DNA of 40,464 nt from Bugula neritina (Eukaryota; Animalia; Bryozoa), in contig CAXIUT010000096.1 in NCBI GenBank assembly GCA_964035545.1, forward strand, positions 49,201 to 89,664, in the 5' to 3' direction. A program made the translations under genes and the position numbers. The notes beneath the pieces are model-generated. The model ran no database searches and was not told the origin of the DNA. It saw nothing but the letters and a program-made list of their open reading frames with translations. Shown here one piece after another: positions 25,411 to 37,868 of the stretch (position 1 is the stretch's first letter; every line of letters begins with the position of its first letter).

Positions 25411-26997
25411 TCATAATTGATAATAAACCGGATGACTTTTATCATAAAAATAATTTTTTAAATTTGTTACTCGGTTTATATCCTAGATCCTTATCGATGA
25501 TACTGGTGAATTCGATGATCTACTGGGCGAAGAAGCGAATATCTTCCTCAAACGACCCTTCGACTAGGGACGCTCATCCGATCTACGAGATATGTTTGAA
25601 TAGTTTGACATTGAATTTACCTCAGATAACTATGAATTCGCATAGTGCTTTGATGATGTCTATGACACTGCTAAACTTTTATGACATGATCTCATCTTCT
25701 ATATGAAATCGTACTCATATCGCCCGAGTTCTCCCATTGGAAAACCTTAGATCAATGAATAATCTATATTTTGGTTAATAGTTGATAAATATTTGAGATA
25801 TCTCACAGCTGATACATACTATCTCTTTTATTTGAACAATCTAATAAGAATCTATAGCTACTATATTGTAAGTTGTCTTTATTCCAAACTATATTATCAA
25901 TATATTTACTTCAATTTTTGATTATACTTAGAAATATAATTAAGAATAAAAGTATATATTTGATCCATACAACAAAAGATACTTAACTATATTTTACTCT
26001 GACCCATCTATTTCTGTCTCTTCTAATCCAAATTCAATATTCTAAGCTAATGTTTACTATTCATCAATAAATAATTTATCTTCATTTACTACTATCTACG
26101 CTACTATTGCCTACCATCCAACCACCACATCAATTTCATATAAAACGATCCTATCTATTTCCTCTATATTCCACAAAATACAAGACTTATCTGCAGTTCG
26201 TTTCTTTTGTTTCTCTAGGCTGATAACATCCACTAGTATTATAAAAATTTAAATGTCTTTGTCTTCTTCTCGTTTATCTGACCCACGTCGTGCAACTTCC
26301 AACTCAATTTCGCATGAATTTTAGGGTTTATCTTCTTGTTCAGGATTGACTTACGAAGGACTTCACATAGATTGTGAACTGATGTCACCTTTCGCGACTT
26401 CATTATCAACTCAAATATCTTCTACTAGTCGTTATTGCCATTTCGAATGGCTCTATCTAAAATTTAATTTAGTATCTTTTCATGTAGCCCTTTTATCTTA
26501 TCCTATGAATTCAAATATACTTCACTTAGATGCTGTGCAAGAAACGATATGCAAGCATTAAGTAGAGAATACCAACACTGCGACCCGTTTTCTTGATTTT
26601 TAAGTTTTTTATGAGTCTACTAAAGAAACGGTATGCAATTATTAATACTAATAGAAGAAATAACTATCTACCCTATGAAGTTTTACTGGAATAGATCAAT
26701 TCCAACAAAATCTGCAAATCGTAATGTACCTATCAACAATTCCGTCTCCAATGTTTTCTATCGATATATCAACATATTTTTAGTCAGATAGTTTTAGAAC
26801 ATCATAACGACATCTGTATTAGCACATTTTAGTGGTATTTGGTATGTATCTTGGATTGTTTTTTTATGCGATTATGACATCTATGTCATCAAATCAAAAC
26901 GACTTATCTGAAATAAAGTTGATCCTTTGTTTTCCTTCTATACGTAGATTTTTATGTCGCTTGATGTCAGTTCTCGGTCGAGGATGTTGTCCTACAT
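25411..26997 (-). CDS. BTB/POZ-BACK-like protein with a MATH-like segment
   Basis: SDIKIYV, LRFADFVGI, ISINNCIPFL; WKLHDV..KTFKFLEYEWML..ISLVF. One 21-nt TGA-containing intron near 25889-25909. Confidence 0.6.
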
Positions 26998-27143
26998 TCA
27001 ATTATTCAAATTATATTTTTACTATTAATTGAAAATATTAGTTTATTATTTTATTTAACTACCCGAAAGGGGTACTATGGATTATTTCAAGTAAATTACG
27101 ATAAAATTGACTAAATTATGAATAAAATAAAGACTATAAAAAA

Positions 27144-27683
27144 TCATTCATATCCTTATGACTCAAATATGTCATCTTCCTTTATTTCTTCTTCTTCTTG
27201 ATCTTCCTCTTACTCATGTTTGATCTTGATGTGGATCATCAAGGTCTCCTCGTCTCGGTATGTCCTTTTACAATAAGGACATATCTCTCCTGCCTCCTCG
27301 ATCCTTCTCCTTCTTCGCCCAGCTATCGGGCCCACTGCCTCTTCATAATCGTTGAAGAGGATCTACCATAAAAAAAGAGGTACCTCTATCTTATCTAGCC
27401 TCTTAGAGAAGCCCTAGAGTTGCTCCTGGAACGCTACGATATTTTGCCTTCCTACCTCATTGAGTAGGAAGCGCTTCCAAAATTTATCGTAGTAGTTCGT
27501 CTGATGGTTATACTGCTAGCACTCGGCTGTCAAGTCGAAGTGCTAGCAGATGAAGGACTTATTGTTGGCCTTCAACTTCTGGATTCTCTCTAGAATCTGG
27601 CCCTCTATTTTAGTTATTCTATCATAGAGGGCGGTCTCCTAGAGATTCGGGGTGTCTCTTTGCTTGAGCAACTTTTTTTTCAT
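27144..27683 (-). CDS. Small C2H2 zinc-finger protein with acidic tail
   Basis: CPYCKRTYRDEETLMIHIKIKH followed by EEEEDQEEEE. Confidence 0.8.
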
Positions 27684-27796
27684 TTATTATACTATTATTA
27701 TAAATTTGCCTTCTAGAGTCCGCAATTTATAGAAGAATAGTCCGTATTTGATAATTTATCAATAAATTATCATTTTTATCAGGAGTTTCCTGTAAA

Positions 27797-27865
27797 CCCA
27801 ACCCCAACCCCAACCCCAACCCCAACCCCAACCCCAACCCCAACCCCAACCCCAACCCCAACCCC
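27797..27865 (+). repeat. Internal telomeric tract T6 (intergenic)
   Basis: Starts CCCAA; 69 nt. Confidence 0.95.
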
Positions 27866-28085
27866 TTTTTCTATTAGCCAAAAGATGAAATAACGTATAA
27901 ATTGCTATTTTATTATTTTCTACCTTCTATCCCATCCTTCACGGTATCTAACAATAACATACTCTACAATCAATTATACTTCAAAAAAACTTGTTTTCAT
28001 CATCATTAGTCAAACTAAGCTACCCAAAAACTACTACAATTCAAACAAAATAAATAGATAAAAATAAACAAATAAACTATAAATA

Positions 28086-28325
28086 TCAAATACGCTGGCT
28101 CTTCTTGACTTTATCTTTCTGCAAGTTGAACTATTACCATAGTTTTGCAGATCTTTCGGCCGGTGATAGATGCGGATAGAACTTGAGCATCTTGCAGACT
28201 TCAGCATCATGATAGTTCATGAAGTCTGAAGGCTGCAGAGGCCCCTTCTCCTTCTTATTCCTCATGTACTATTTTCTTTGGCGATCGATTCTCTCCAGTA
28301 GCTGTTCTGACCTTTCTTCCTCCAT
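28086..28325 (-). CDS. Small basic protein (79 aa), possibly HMG-box/YABBY-like
   Basis: KKEKGPLQPSDFMNYHDAEVCKMLKFYPHLSPAERSAKLWEEF loosely follows the HMG P..PS.F..F....P.LS..E....W pattern. Confidence 0.5.
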
Positions 28326-28406
28326 AATTAGAATTCAAATAAGCATAATTAAGTCAAATACAACCCAATAAATAGAATGATAATAAATGATAATAAATGA
28401 TAAAGA

Positions 28407-30056
28407 TCATCTGATGCACTTTCCTTCAGCAAGTTCAAATCCAGTATAACAAGATCGACAATCTCCATTAGTATCATCATAAGCTTTACATAATAAGTCC
28501 ACTTCAAAACATTAATTATTTGATAAATAGTAACGATTGAAACACTTTTTACAAGTTTGACCATCAGCTTCAAATGTCACACAATTTTCTATACTCTATG
28601 AAGTAATGATAGGTTTCAAGGTACATAAGTTGTCACCTGAAACCTGATATCCTCTAAAACAAGCCTCACATTTACGAGTATTCAAGTTAAAATCACTACA
28701 GAAAGAATCAATTTCCTGGCAAATGAGGTTAACATCAAGATAGTGTCCTTTAATACAAGCTGTACAATCTCCATTTTAATTAGTTTCTTTACAGGTAGCA
28801 GAATCAGATTGAAAACATTAACCTGTATTACTATTAAGTTGAAATCCAACATAACAAGATGTACAATGTCCATTGAAAGGGTTAAAAGTTTTACAAAGAT
28901 CGTTAACAGCAATACAATTGTTATCTATATCGAAATATGCTCGAGAACTACATTACACACATACTCCTGAGAACTACTAAGCACAATTTTTAGATGCTTT
29001 AGATGATGCACTTTCCCTAATACATGAATTTTATTATAGCAAAAATCCATTGAAACATTATTGACATTCTTCAGTGGGAATATCGAATGTTTTACAATTA
29101 GGATCAATTTTGATACAATTTTTATTCTAATCAAAATAAAAACCTTTAGAACATTTTGTGCATATTCCATCTTTATCAAAATTATTACAATTCTGATCGA
29201 AAATAGGTTCATTTATATCAAATGAACAAACATTGTCTATCAATTGGAATCCACTAAAACATGATTTACACACTTTTTAGTCAAAATCAAAATCTTTACA
29301 AAAAGGATCTGTTCCAATACACACGTTATTATCATCGAAAAAGAAACCGCGGGAACATTACTAACAAATAGTCCCATTGAACTTTTTACAGTTAGGATCA
29401 AGCGCTATCTGAGGTGCCAAATTGCATACTCCGTCAATAAGAGCCCATCCCGGGAAACACTACTAACACACTCCACTAGTTCTATCAAATTATTTGCAGT
29501 TATCATCAACAAGTATACACACATTATTGTCATTAAGATAATAATCTCTAGCACATTTCTGACAAATATTGTCCTTGAATTATGAACACCCAGGCATAGT
29601 CTAACTCAATGATGCCACTTAACACTGCTTATCAACCAATTTGAATCCATTGAAACATCCAACGCATTCCGATATATTGAAATCAAAATCTTTGCATTGA
29701 ATGTCAATTTGAGTACACAGCTAATCTTTCAAATAGAATCCTTGGGAACACTTCTGGCATTCTCCATTTGTAAAATTAGCACAGTTAGGATCTTTAGCAG
29801 AGACGTCAGGAATACATATTATCTATAGAAGAATAAAACCTTCATAGCAACTTCTACATGATCCAGTATTAGGATTATAAGTTCTACAGTGAACACTTAC
29901 AGGCTGGCATATTCCATCAGTATCTTTATAAAACCTTTGCGAACACTACTCGCATATATCCTCACTACCAGGTGCAAACTTTTTGCAACCCAAGTTGGCA
30001 GTAATGACCTGACTGCTAACTATCACAACCAGAAGTAGTAAGAGAAAAACCTTCAT
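28407..30056 (-). CDS. Secreted cysteine-rich repeat protein (furin-like/CxxC repeats), 549 aa
   Basis: Signal peptide MKVFLLLLLVVIVSS, then tandem modules of about 32 aa, C-x7/9-CxxCxxGFxL-x4/5-C, to the C-terminus; intronless. Confidence 0.9.
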
Positions 30057-30132
30057 CTATTAAATATATTTAACTGGATTAAAATGAGCTTAATTAAAAG
30101 TCGCGGGACAGTAAGCAATAAAAATAACAATA

Positions 30133-31475
30133 TCACTTTTTCTACCAAATTGAAGGTAGATGGTACATCCCTACACCTGGATTGTTCTTTAGTGGTTTGG
30201 TAAAATCAGTTTTGTTAGTTGAACTTTGAGTTGCACCTTTCTTCAATCCTCCTTGAGGTGAAACCTGAGGTGAAAAGTCAGAATAAATCGAAGGATCGAT
30301 ATAACTGACATACTGATTGGCAGCTTTGACTTCTCTAAATCTTTTTGATCGTGGAATTGTGGTATCCTGATAATCGCTTGTCACCCTTGATTTGCTATAT
30401 TATTAATAAGATACTATCTGTAGTGATGAATAGGTGACATATTGACCCGACTGTCTTGCAAATCTTTACTATGTGATCGTTTATGCAACAATTAGTACAA
30501 TTTCTTCTGTTTTTAAAGTTTAATATCGTCAACTACAGACGATACCCTCGATCGAGCAAAATGTATCTATTATTTCCTTTACAATTTATTATTCGATAGC
30601 TGTTTAGGCGAATACATCAAATCAAGTAACTCTTTCTTACTGATATATCTCAAATCAAGATGCAAAGAGGCCAAATTTTATTAATTATGATCAGTTAGCT
30701 GCACTATTTGAACAGTAAACCTCTTATTACTCTAGAGAGTACTCATAGTCAACACCCCCTCCAGAAAAAGATGATCATCTTATGTAATAGTAATATAGAT
30801 CACATCTGGACTCTTATCATTGACTTAAAATTTACTATTAAGTAACCATTTAAACTACAACTATCCGAATCGAGGCTGACTGGCAAATGTTTACTTATCA
30901 AATCTGATATCAAGTTTCATATTTTTATGTTTCTTCTTATTAAATGTATTGGAATAATATGGATTCACCACCAATGACGCCCCATAGATAGAAACCTTAG
31001 CTACCATATTTACTTTAACTGGCTCTTTAGGTGCAACCTATTTCATCTATATTTTATCCTCTCCTTTCTTTTTAACCTCCTCCCTCTCTACTATCTTCAC
31101 CATGAATTTCAATATACCACATTGCTACCCATCCTGGTTAAGACAATGGGTGCTATTGATAAAGAAGAATTCATCAGGTTTGAGATAAATAATTCCATTA
31201 TACATCGCCTTCAATTCTTATATCTAGTATCCATACTAATGCTAGCATACAGTTTGAAATTGTAAACTTTCTTGGGCTTCGAATGGCATCTCAATCGATG
31301 ATGTCCAATGCACCTTTTTAGGTTATACTATTCCATAAGAAAATGTCTTATATGCAGTGTTGTTGTTTGAAGTATCAATTAACTTCATATGAGCTCTAGA
31401 GATATCTCGAGGATGCTACTGGGTTGTCGTTAACTCGATATCTTATATTTTCAAATATTTTTTCAAGGTTTTCAT
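30133..31475 (-). CDS. Hypothetical protein with possible C2-like beta domains and a C-terminal PGVGxY (STPG/SHIPPO-like) motif
   Basis: Continuous frame with one 20-nt intron near 30395-30414; ends NNPGVGMYHLPSIWEK. Confidence 0.6.
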
Positions 31476-31657
31476 AGCACTATAACTCAATATCTAATTT
31501 TATTATTGAAAATCTTATTTAATCAATTTATCATATTTATTTCTAACAACTAAAATCATCTAGTACTCAAATCATTAACCATTTATTTATTACCTGTGAT
31601 CAAAATCTATTTTATTAACAAAAGGTTTCGCAATAGTTTATAAATTTATCATATATC

Positions 31658-34364
31658 ATGGAAGTAAGAATTCTCTAAGCCGAGAACGATATCTACCAAA
31701 AAGATAAGCTTCTAGGTGAAGGAGCTTTTGGAAAAGCCTATCTTGTTCGTCAGAAGCAAACAAACGAACAACTAGTAATAAAAGAAGTTAATATCTAACA
31801 TATGAGTCAAAAAGAAAGAGAATAAACTATAAAATAAGCCCAAATATTAAGAAATTTAAAACATCCATTAATAGTTCGATTTGTTTAGGTATATGCAACA
31901 AAACAAAACAAATTAAAAATCGTTATGTAATATGCTTAATGCGGTGATGTATCCAAAGCTATTGCCAATAAAAAACAATCTAAAAGAAATTTTGATTAAA
32001 GTCAAATTTTAGATTGGTTTACACAACTATGTCTAGCCATGAAACATGTCCATGATAGAAAAATACTTCACAGAGATATCAAAGGACAAAATATATTCAT
32101 CACCAAAAGTAATACCCTTAAATTGGGTGATTTTGGAATAGCTAGAGTGTTGAATAAAACTCAAGATAAAGCAAGAACTGTTGTTGGTACTCCATACTAT
32201 CTATCTCCTTAAATTATCTAAAATAAGCCTTATTCTTTCAAATCTGATATCTGGTCGATGGGTGTCCTTCTCTATGAGTTATGTGCATTAGCTCCTCCTT
32301 TCACAGCTACTTCTTTGCAATTTCTTGCTTTGAAAATTGTCAAAGGAAGTTATACACCTATTACTGCATCTTACAGTAAAGAATTGAAAGGAACTGTTGC
32401 GGAAATGTTAAATTTAGATCCCAATAAACGTCCAACTGTTAGTTAAATACTAAGTAAGTAATTGTTAATGTAGAAAAGCCATTTTTGCAGGAGAGAATTA
32501 GAAAATATTTAAGTGAAACTTACCGGAAAGATGAATTCAGTCATACTGTTCTTCATAATCAAGTATTTCAAGTTTAATTTAGAAAGTTGAGATAGCTAAT
32601 AAACTTGTTAAAGTTCAAAAAGAACAAAAAGTTCCTCAATAGAAAAATATATAAAGTGAAAGAAATCAACTTAAAGAGGAAGCTGCCAAACTTGAATAAA
32701 GAATGAGACAAAAACGATAATAATAAAGAAAAAGAGATGAATAAAGACAAAGGTACAAAAGATAATAAGATAAACAAAAATTATAATAAGCATTAAGAAA
32801 AAAAAGAGAAGAATAAAAAATCAAAGAACAAGAAAGATATTAAAGAAAAATAAGATAAGATCGAAAAAGATAAGAAGAAGCAATAAAAAGAAAGTAAAAT
32901 TAAAGAAGATCAAAATAAAAACAACAAAAAAGATAAATGGAAGATAGAAAAATTTGGATATAAAAATAGAAAAGAAGACAAGAATAAGAGAACAGAAAAT
33001 ATCATGAAGAGTAACATAGAAGAGTTCAAGAGATAGCTGAAATGGCTAAAAGAAAAAGACGATAAGAAGAATAGTTGTATGCTAGAAGAGATCAGTTAAA
33101 TTATTAAAAATATTAAATAGAAAGGTAAAAATAGAAATATCAACAATAAGCAAAAAAAAGATAAAAGAAAAATTAATAAAATAAGAAAATGGATTAATTT
33201 AATTAATTTGCTAGGCAACAATGGTATTAAAATCAACAAATTCGAAAAAGAGCGGAAGAACGAGCCAGACAAGCATAAATGGATGTCTATTCTTAGCCTC
33301 CACCTCCATAAGAATAAATACAAAGACCTATATCTAATAGAGATGTTAGACCTAGATCAAGATCAGGTAAACAAGGTGGTCCTCAAAGCAATATTTAACC
33401 TCCTAAAAAATATAGCACACCTTCTTACGATCCTTCGGAATAGGAGCTACAAAATGCAATGTTAAATCCTAACTTTCACAGAAAAGCTCCAACAAAATCA
33501 AAACAAGAGACAAAGTAAAGTTCTGCATCGAATTGGAATTCAAGATCTCGAGAGGAACCAAGAAAAAGAGAATAACCTCAAGAAGATTCCACAGTGAAAA
33601 AACAGTATGACTAAAATCGGTAAAAGATGAGGAGAGATCGAGAAGAATTTATGAGAAAAAAGACAGGAAATGTTCCAAATAGCAATAAAGTACCTGATGA
33701 AACTCTCAAACCAGCTAAATGGGGCAAAAAATCTCGTGAAAAATCTTATTAAGCTCCAAAATCATAATAAAAAGTATAATAGTAGCTTCTTCCTTCACCT
33801 AAAAAGCAAAATTCTCCAAAAAAGCAACCTACTCCTGAATTTAATTATGAAAGTATCATGGATAGTGAATAGTTGCAATTAAACATTAAAGATAAAGCTT
33901 AATTTAATGATTACTTAAATGAACTTGAAGGTTTACTTGGCAATATAAACAAAAATATCTAAAAATTCTAAGAACCTTTTCCATAGATATAACAAGTATA
34001 ATAAGAAATCGTACTAAGAGAAGATGACGATAAGTAGTTAGACTACTCACTTACAGCTAAATTTGATGCACTAAATTTTAAATAACCTGAAGTCAATGCT
34101 GAAAATGCAGATCTTGATTACTTCAGTGATTATTCAAAATTATAAGATTTGAGGATTTGTCTTTAAGATAAATTTGGAACTTAGAACTTCATCAGAATAT
34201 ATCGTGCTTTAGAATAATAGCTATCTGAGAAGGGTTTATCGAATTTTAACATATTAGAGGTGATGGGGAAGATGGGAAATATTCCTAATTCAGAATTGAT
34301 AACATAAAATTTACCATTGCTTTTGACATTGATAGTAATGGAGGAAAGAATGAGTTGTGTTTGA
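31658..34364 (+). CDS. NEK: NIMA-related (NEK1-like) Ser/Thr kinase with long coiled-coil tail
   Basis: [53 protein letters not shown]. 20-nt introns at 32454-32473 and 32563-32582. Confidence 0.95.
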
Positions 34365-34448
34365 TTGATTTATGTTAAATATATTTAATTAGAAAATAAA
34401 AATGAATTAATTGTTCTGATTAGCAATTCTAATTTCCGCTGACGATAA

Positions 34449-37400
34449 ATGTTGAATGAAAATGAGGCTTTTGATGATATCGAGTTCGACAGAATCCTAG
34501 AAATGCAAGATTTCTTCCCAAAAATCTTTCTAAGACCAAAAGAAATCAGACTAGACAGATAAGAAGGAATAAAAGTCATCACCAGATACAAAAACCACCC
34601 AGATAAATACGATCAAGCATCAGTCAGACCAATCAAAGTAGAATAACGATAAATAAATCATTTCAACTTCAAAGATGACGGCATCTAAAAAAACCATCCA
34701 GCAGGTGATGGCTTACTATCACTATTTCGAAGAACAAAATAAAGAAGAATTAAATTAGCTATCTGCATATGCGTATACAGTTAACCCAAACATATGCTTA
34801 AAGCTACAATAAAAGGAATCCAAGAAAGCAATAAATAATTTTTACAAAAAGCAGGTATCATGTCACATTAAATTATCGTAGTAGCTATCTTCGATGGTTT
34901 GGAACATCTTAACAACTCCAGAGATCAAACTTAAAACATGATATCATTTTTTAATGAAATCGATATCAAAAATGGATTTAGAGCCAGAAGCAATTCAATG
35001 CCTTTAGATTAATTTTTAAGAGAAGCATAAGCAGGTAAAATAGATATCAATGCAATTGCTTAATAAAAAATAGGACAAATAAATTTATTTACCTAAGATT
35101 AGTTTACTGACCTTCAGCCACAACTATTCTAAAACCAATACTAACAATACATTAAAACAAAGAAGCTATTATCTGACATTAGAATACTAAAGATGTAAAA
35201 ACAACTAAAATTATAAAATCTACCATTTTAAGTTATAAGGAAATACGAATAACTTTGCGTAAACTATTGTGCATAAAATGGATACTGGTTTTAAACTCAG
35301 GATTAGATCCAATAATATTTTAATAGCACACGTAAAAGTATCAGATTTAAATTGATGTTTTAATCTTTATGCTAGGTATAAATTCTTTGTGTTAGATATC
35401 TCTAATCAAGATAAGATAAAGTTATTCTATATCCTCTAAGAATGGAAAAAGATTATTTGAAAAATCCTAGATACCAACAAAACGCATAATAATAGTTCAG
35501 CAGTCTTGTTGATTAGTCATAAAAAAAATAGTTCAATTATGTCTTTTGCTGTGTCAAACATAAAAATTCAGGTAAACTCAACTCACACATGCTTTTCTTT
35601 TAAGGGTTTTGCAAGTTATTCGATCCTCAGTTTTGCATTCTAATGGATGTTGGAGTCAAACCTCAAGGAAATGCCATTTTCAAGATGTATAAACATTTAG
35701 AATTGACACCCAAATGTGGTGGAGTCTGTGGATATATGAGTCTCAAAATATAAAATCCATCTGACGATCTAGGATATCGATTAGATGGATATAATTAAGA
35801 ATAAGTTGACTGCTTAACTAGATTTTTTAACTGTCTACTATCAATTCAAAGAGCTCAGCAGTTCTAATATCACTATGCTCATATGCTCGACAAACCTTTC
35901 GAGTCATTTTTTGATTATATCCATGTACTCCCTGGTGCCTTTTCTGGCTATCGCTGGAAAGCCCTTAAAAGCGTACGGTTCAAAGACGATGAGTAGTAAC
36001 TTGTAAGCAATCACTACAATAAGTTATAACTATAAACATAAAGAGGAGGTAGCATTGCCTACTCTTCCTCTGATGATGAGTAGTAGGCCTAGACACTACT
36101 CAAATTATACTTAAAAACAGCCCTCCTCTAAAATCCTCAACTCTCCCTATAAGATTCCAATATGTATCTCGCCTAAGATAGAATTCTTTGTCTAGGCATC
36201 CATGCTTTAGGTTATGATTTACAATATCTTCCAGATGCTGAATCCTATGTCGATCCCGTAACCTCTCTGACTAAATTGCTTGGACAGCGACGTAGATGGA
36301 TCAATGGATCTTGGTTTGCTTTTAACTATGTCAAGCAGCATTGGTATTAAAATACTTCTTGTGTATTTTTGATTCAATTAGCTTATTATGTCTTTGTTCA
36401 AGCTTTACAATGGATAATGCCAACTATGTTTTACCTAGCCATGCATTTAACTTTGATAGCTTTCGTTACTGACAACTTAGTCCCAGCAATATAAGATTTC
36501 TTTCAACTAGATTAAGATTTTAAATTAGGTCGCTATAAAATATTTTGGATATTTTCTGTCAGATAAATGTTACTATCCATTCCAGATATAATAAACTTTC
36601 TATTCATAATAGCTGTTTTTAGCGTAGTCCTTTGGAGTCTACTAGCCAATCACAATAATTCTAAATTCAAAGTTATCTACTATGGAGCATCTACCCTCCT
36701 TGGCATCTATGGTTTACTGGTACTCGGGCTGCTCATCTACAATACTGTCAACATCATCAGAAAAACAAGTTAAGATGATATCAGTTAGTCAGGTGAGTTC
36801 TTTATTCCTTTGATATATCTACGAGTACTAATTTTATTTATTGTTGCTGGTTTTGCTTTACCTATCCTTTGGACTTTAAGTTTCAGAAAATCTGTTGAAA
36901 TGATTACCTCCCTCTTCTCATATATCTACTTCTCACCAACTTATATAAACATTCTACAAACTTTTGCCTTCTGCAGAATCGATGATATCTCCTGGGGCAC
37001 GAAAGGTCTAGATATGTAAGCAGGCAGTGAAGTATCTAACGAATGGTAACGTCGTAAATACATATTTGTTTTACAATATGTCGGCAGTAATATTTTATTA
37101 AGTTATGGTTTGGTTAATTTAGCCAGATACGATATAACTAAAAATATTATCATTCTTATTACTGCTGCATTGGTTGTATTCCTACTAGCTTTCAGATTAA
37201 TTTTTGCATTAATTTATATCATCAAATATTATATCACTAGATCTTGTAAAGATTTTGGTGTTGAAAGAGTCAATTAAAATAGAGCTAGAGGATATAAGAT
37301 ATACAATGCTTTGAAGTTGATAGAATTAAGGATAAAATAGATATAAAAATAGAGAACAAAGAAAAAGAAGATGGAATAATTCAAACATCTTACAAGCGCT

Positions 37401-37829
37401 ACTTCTCAAATATTGTCAAAAGCATTGAGCAATTTTGGCAAAAAGATAAGAAATAGGGTAGCTAAACATATAGTTCATAATAATTTGGTCCCAAAAAAAG
37501 ATATTTTAGATCCATTTAAAAAAAGATTAAAAAATATAAAAAAAATATCAAATATCAAAAAAAAAGTAACATAACAGTTAACTCATCCTATTCCTGAAGT
37601 ACCGTAATTTAATGAAAAAAGTTAATCTCATGATATAAACGATAATAAAAACAAAGTTAATAATATCCAAAAATAACCAATATAAAGTTCTTAAAATTTA
37701 TTATCAAGTCCTTAGAAAAGTTAAAAGAAATAAATAAAGAAGATATTGAAATCTATTCGTCAAAAATTCAAAAGCAAAGTACAAGCTAGCACAACAAAAC
37801 AATAATAGAATAATAACGACTAATAATGA
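34449..37829 (+). CDS. CHS: Chitin synthase (GT2, division-1/oomycete-like architecture), 1126 aa
   Basis: [57 protein letters not shown] plus multiple TM helices; intronless single frame. Confidence 0.95.
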
Positions 37830-37868
37830 TTGAATTTTTGATAATGATGATGATTATTATTTTACATA

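Noticed and set aside
27060-27074. TACCC-GAAAG-GGGTA GC-rich mini hairpin
   Set aside because: Only a 5-bp stem with no surrounding tRNA or snRNA structure.
27780-27960. Telomerase RNA gene at T6 (hairpin, CAACCCCAA, T-run)
   Set aside because: A template is about 1.5 repeats preceded by a UGUCA motif. Here there are about 11 repeats and no UGUCA.
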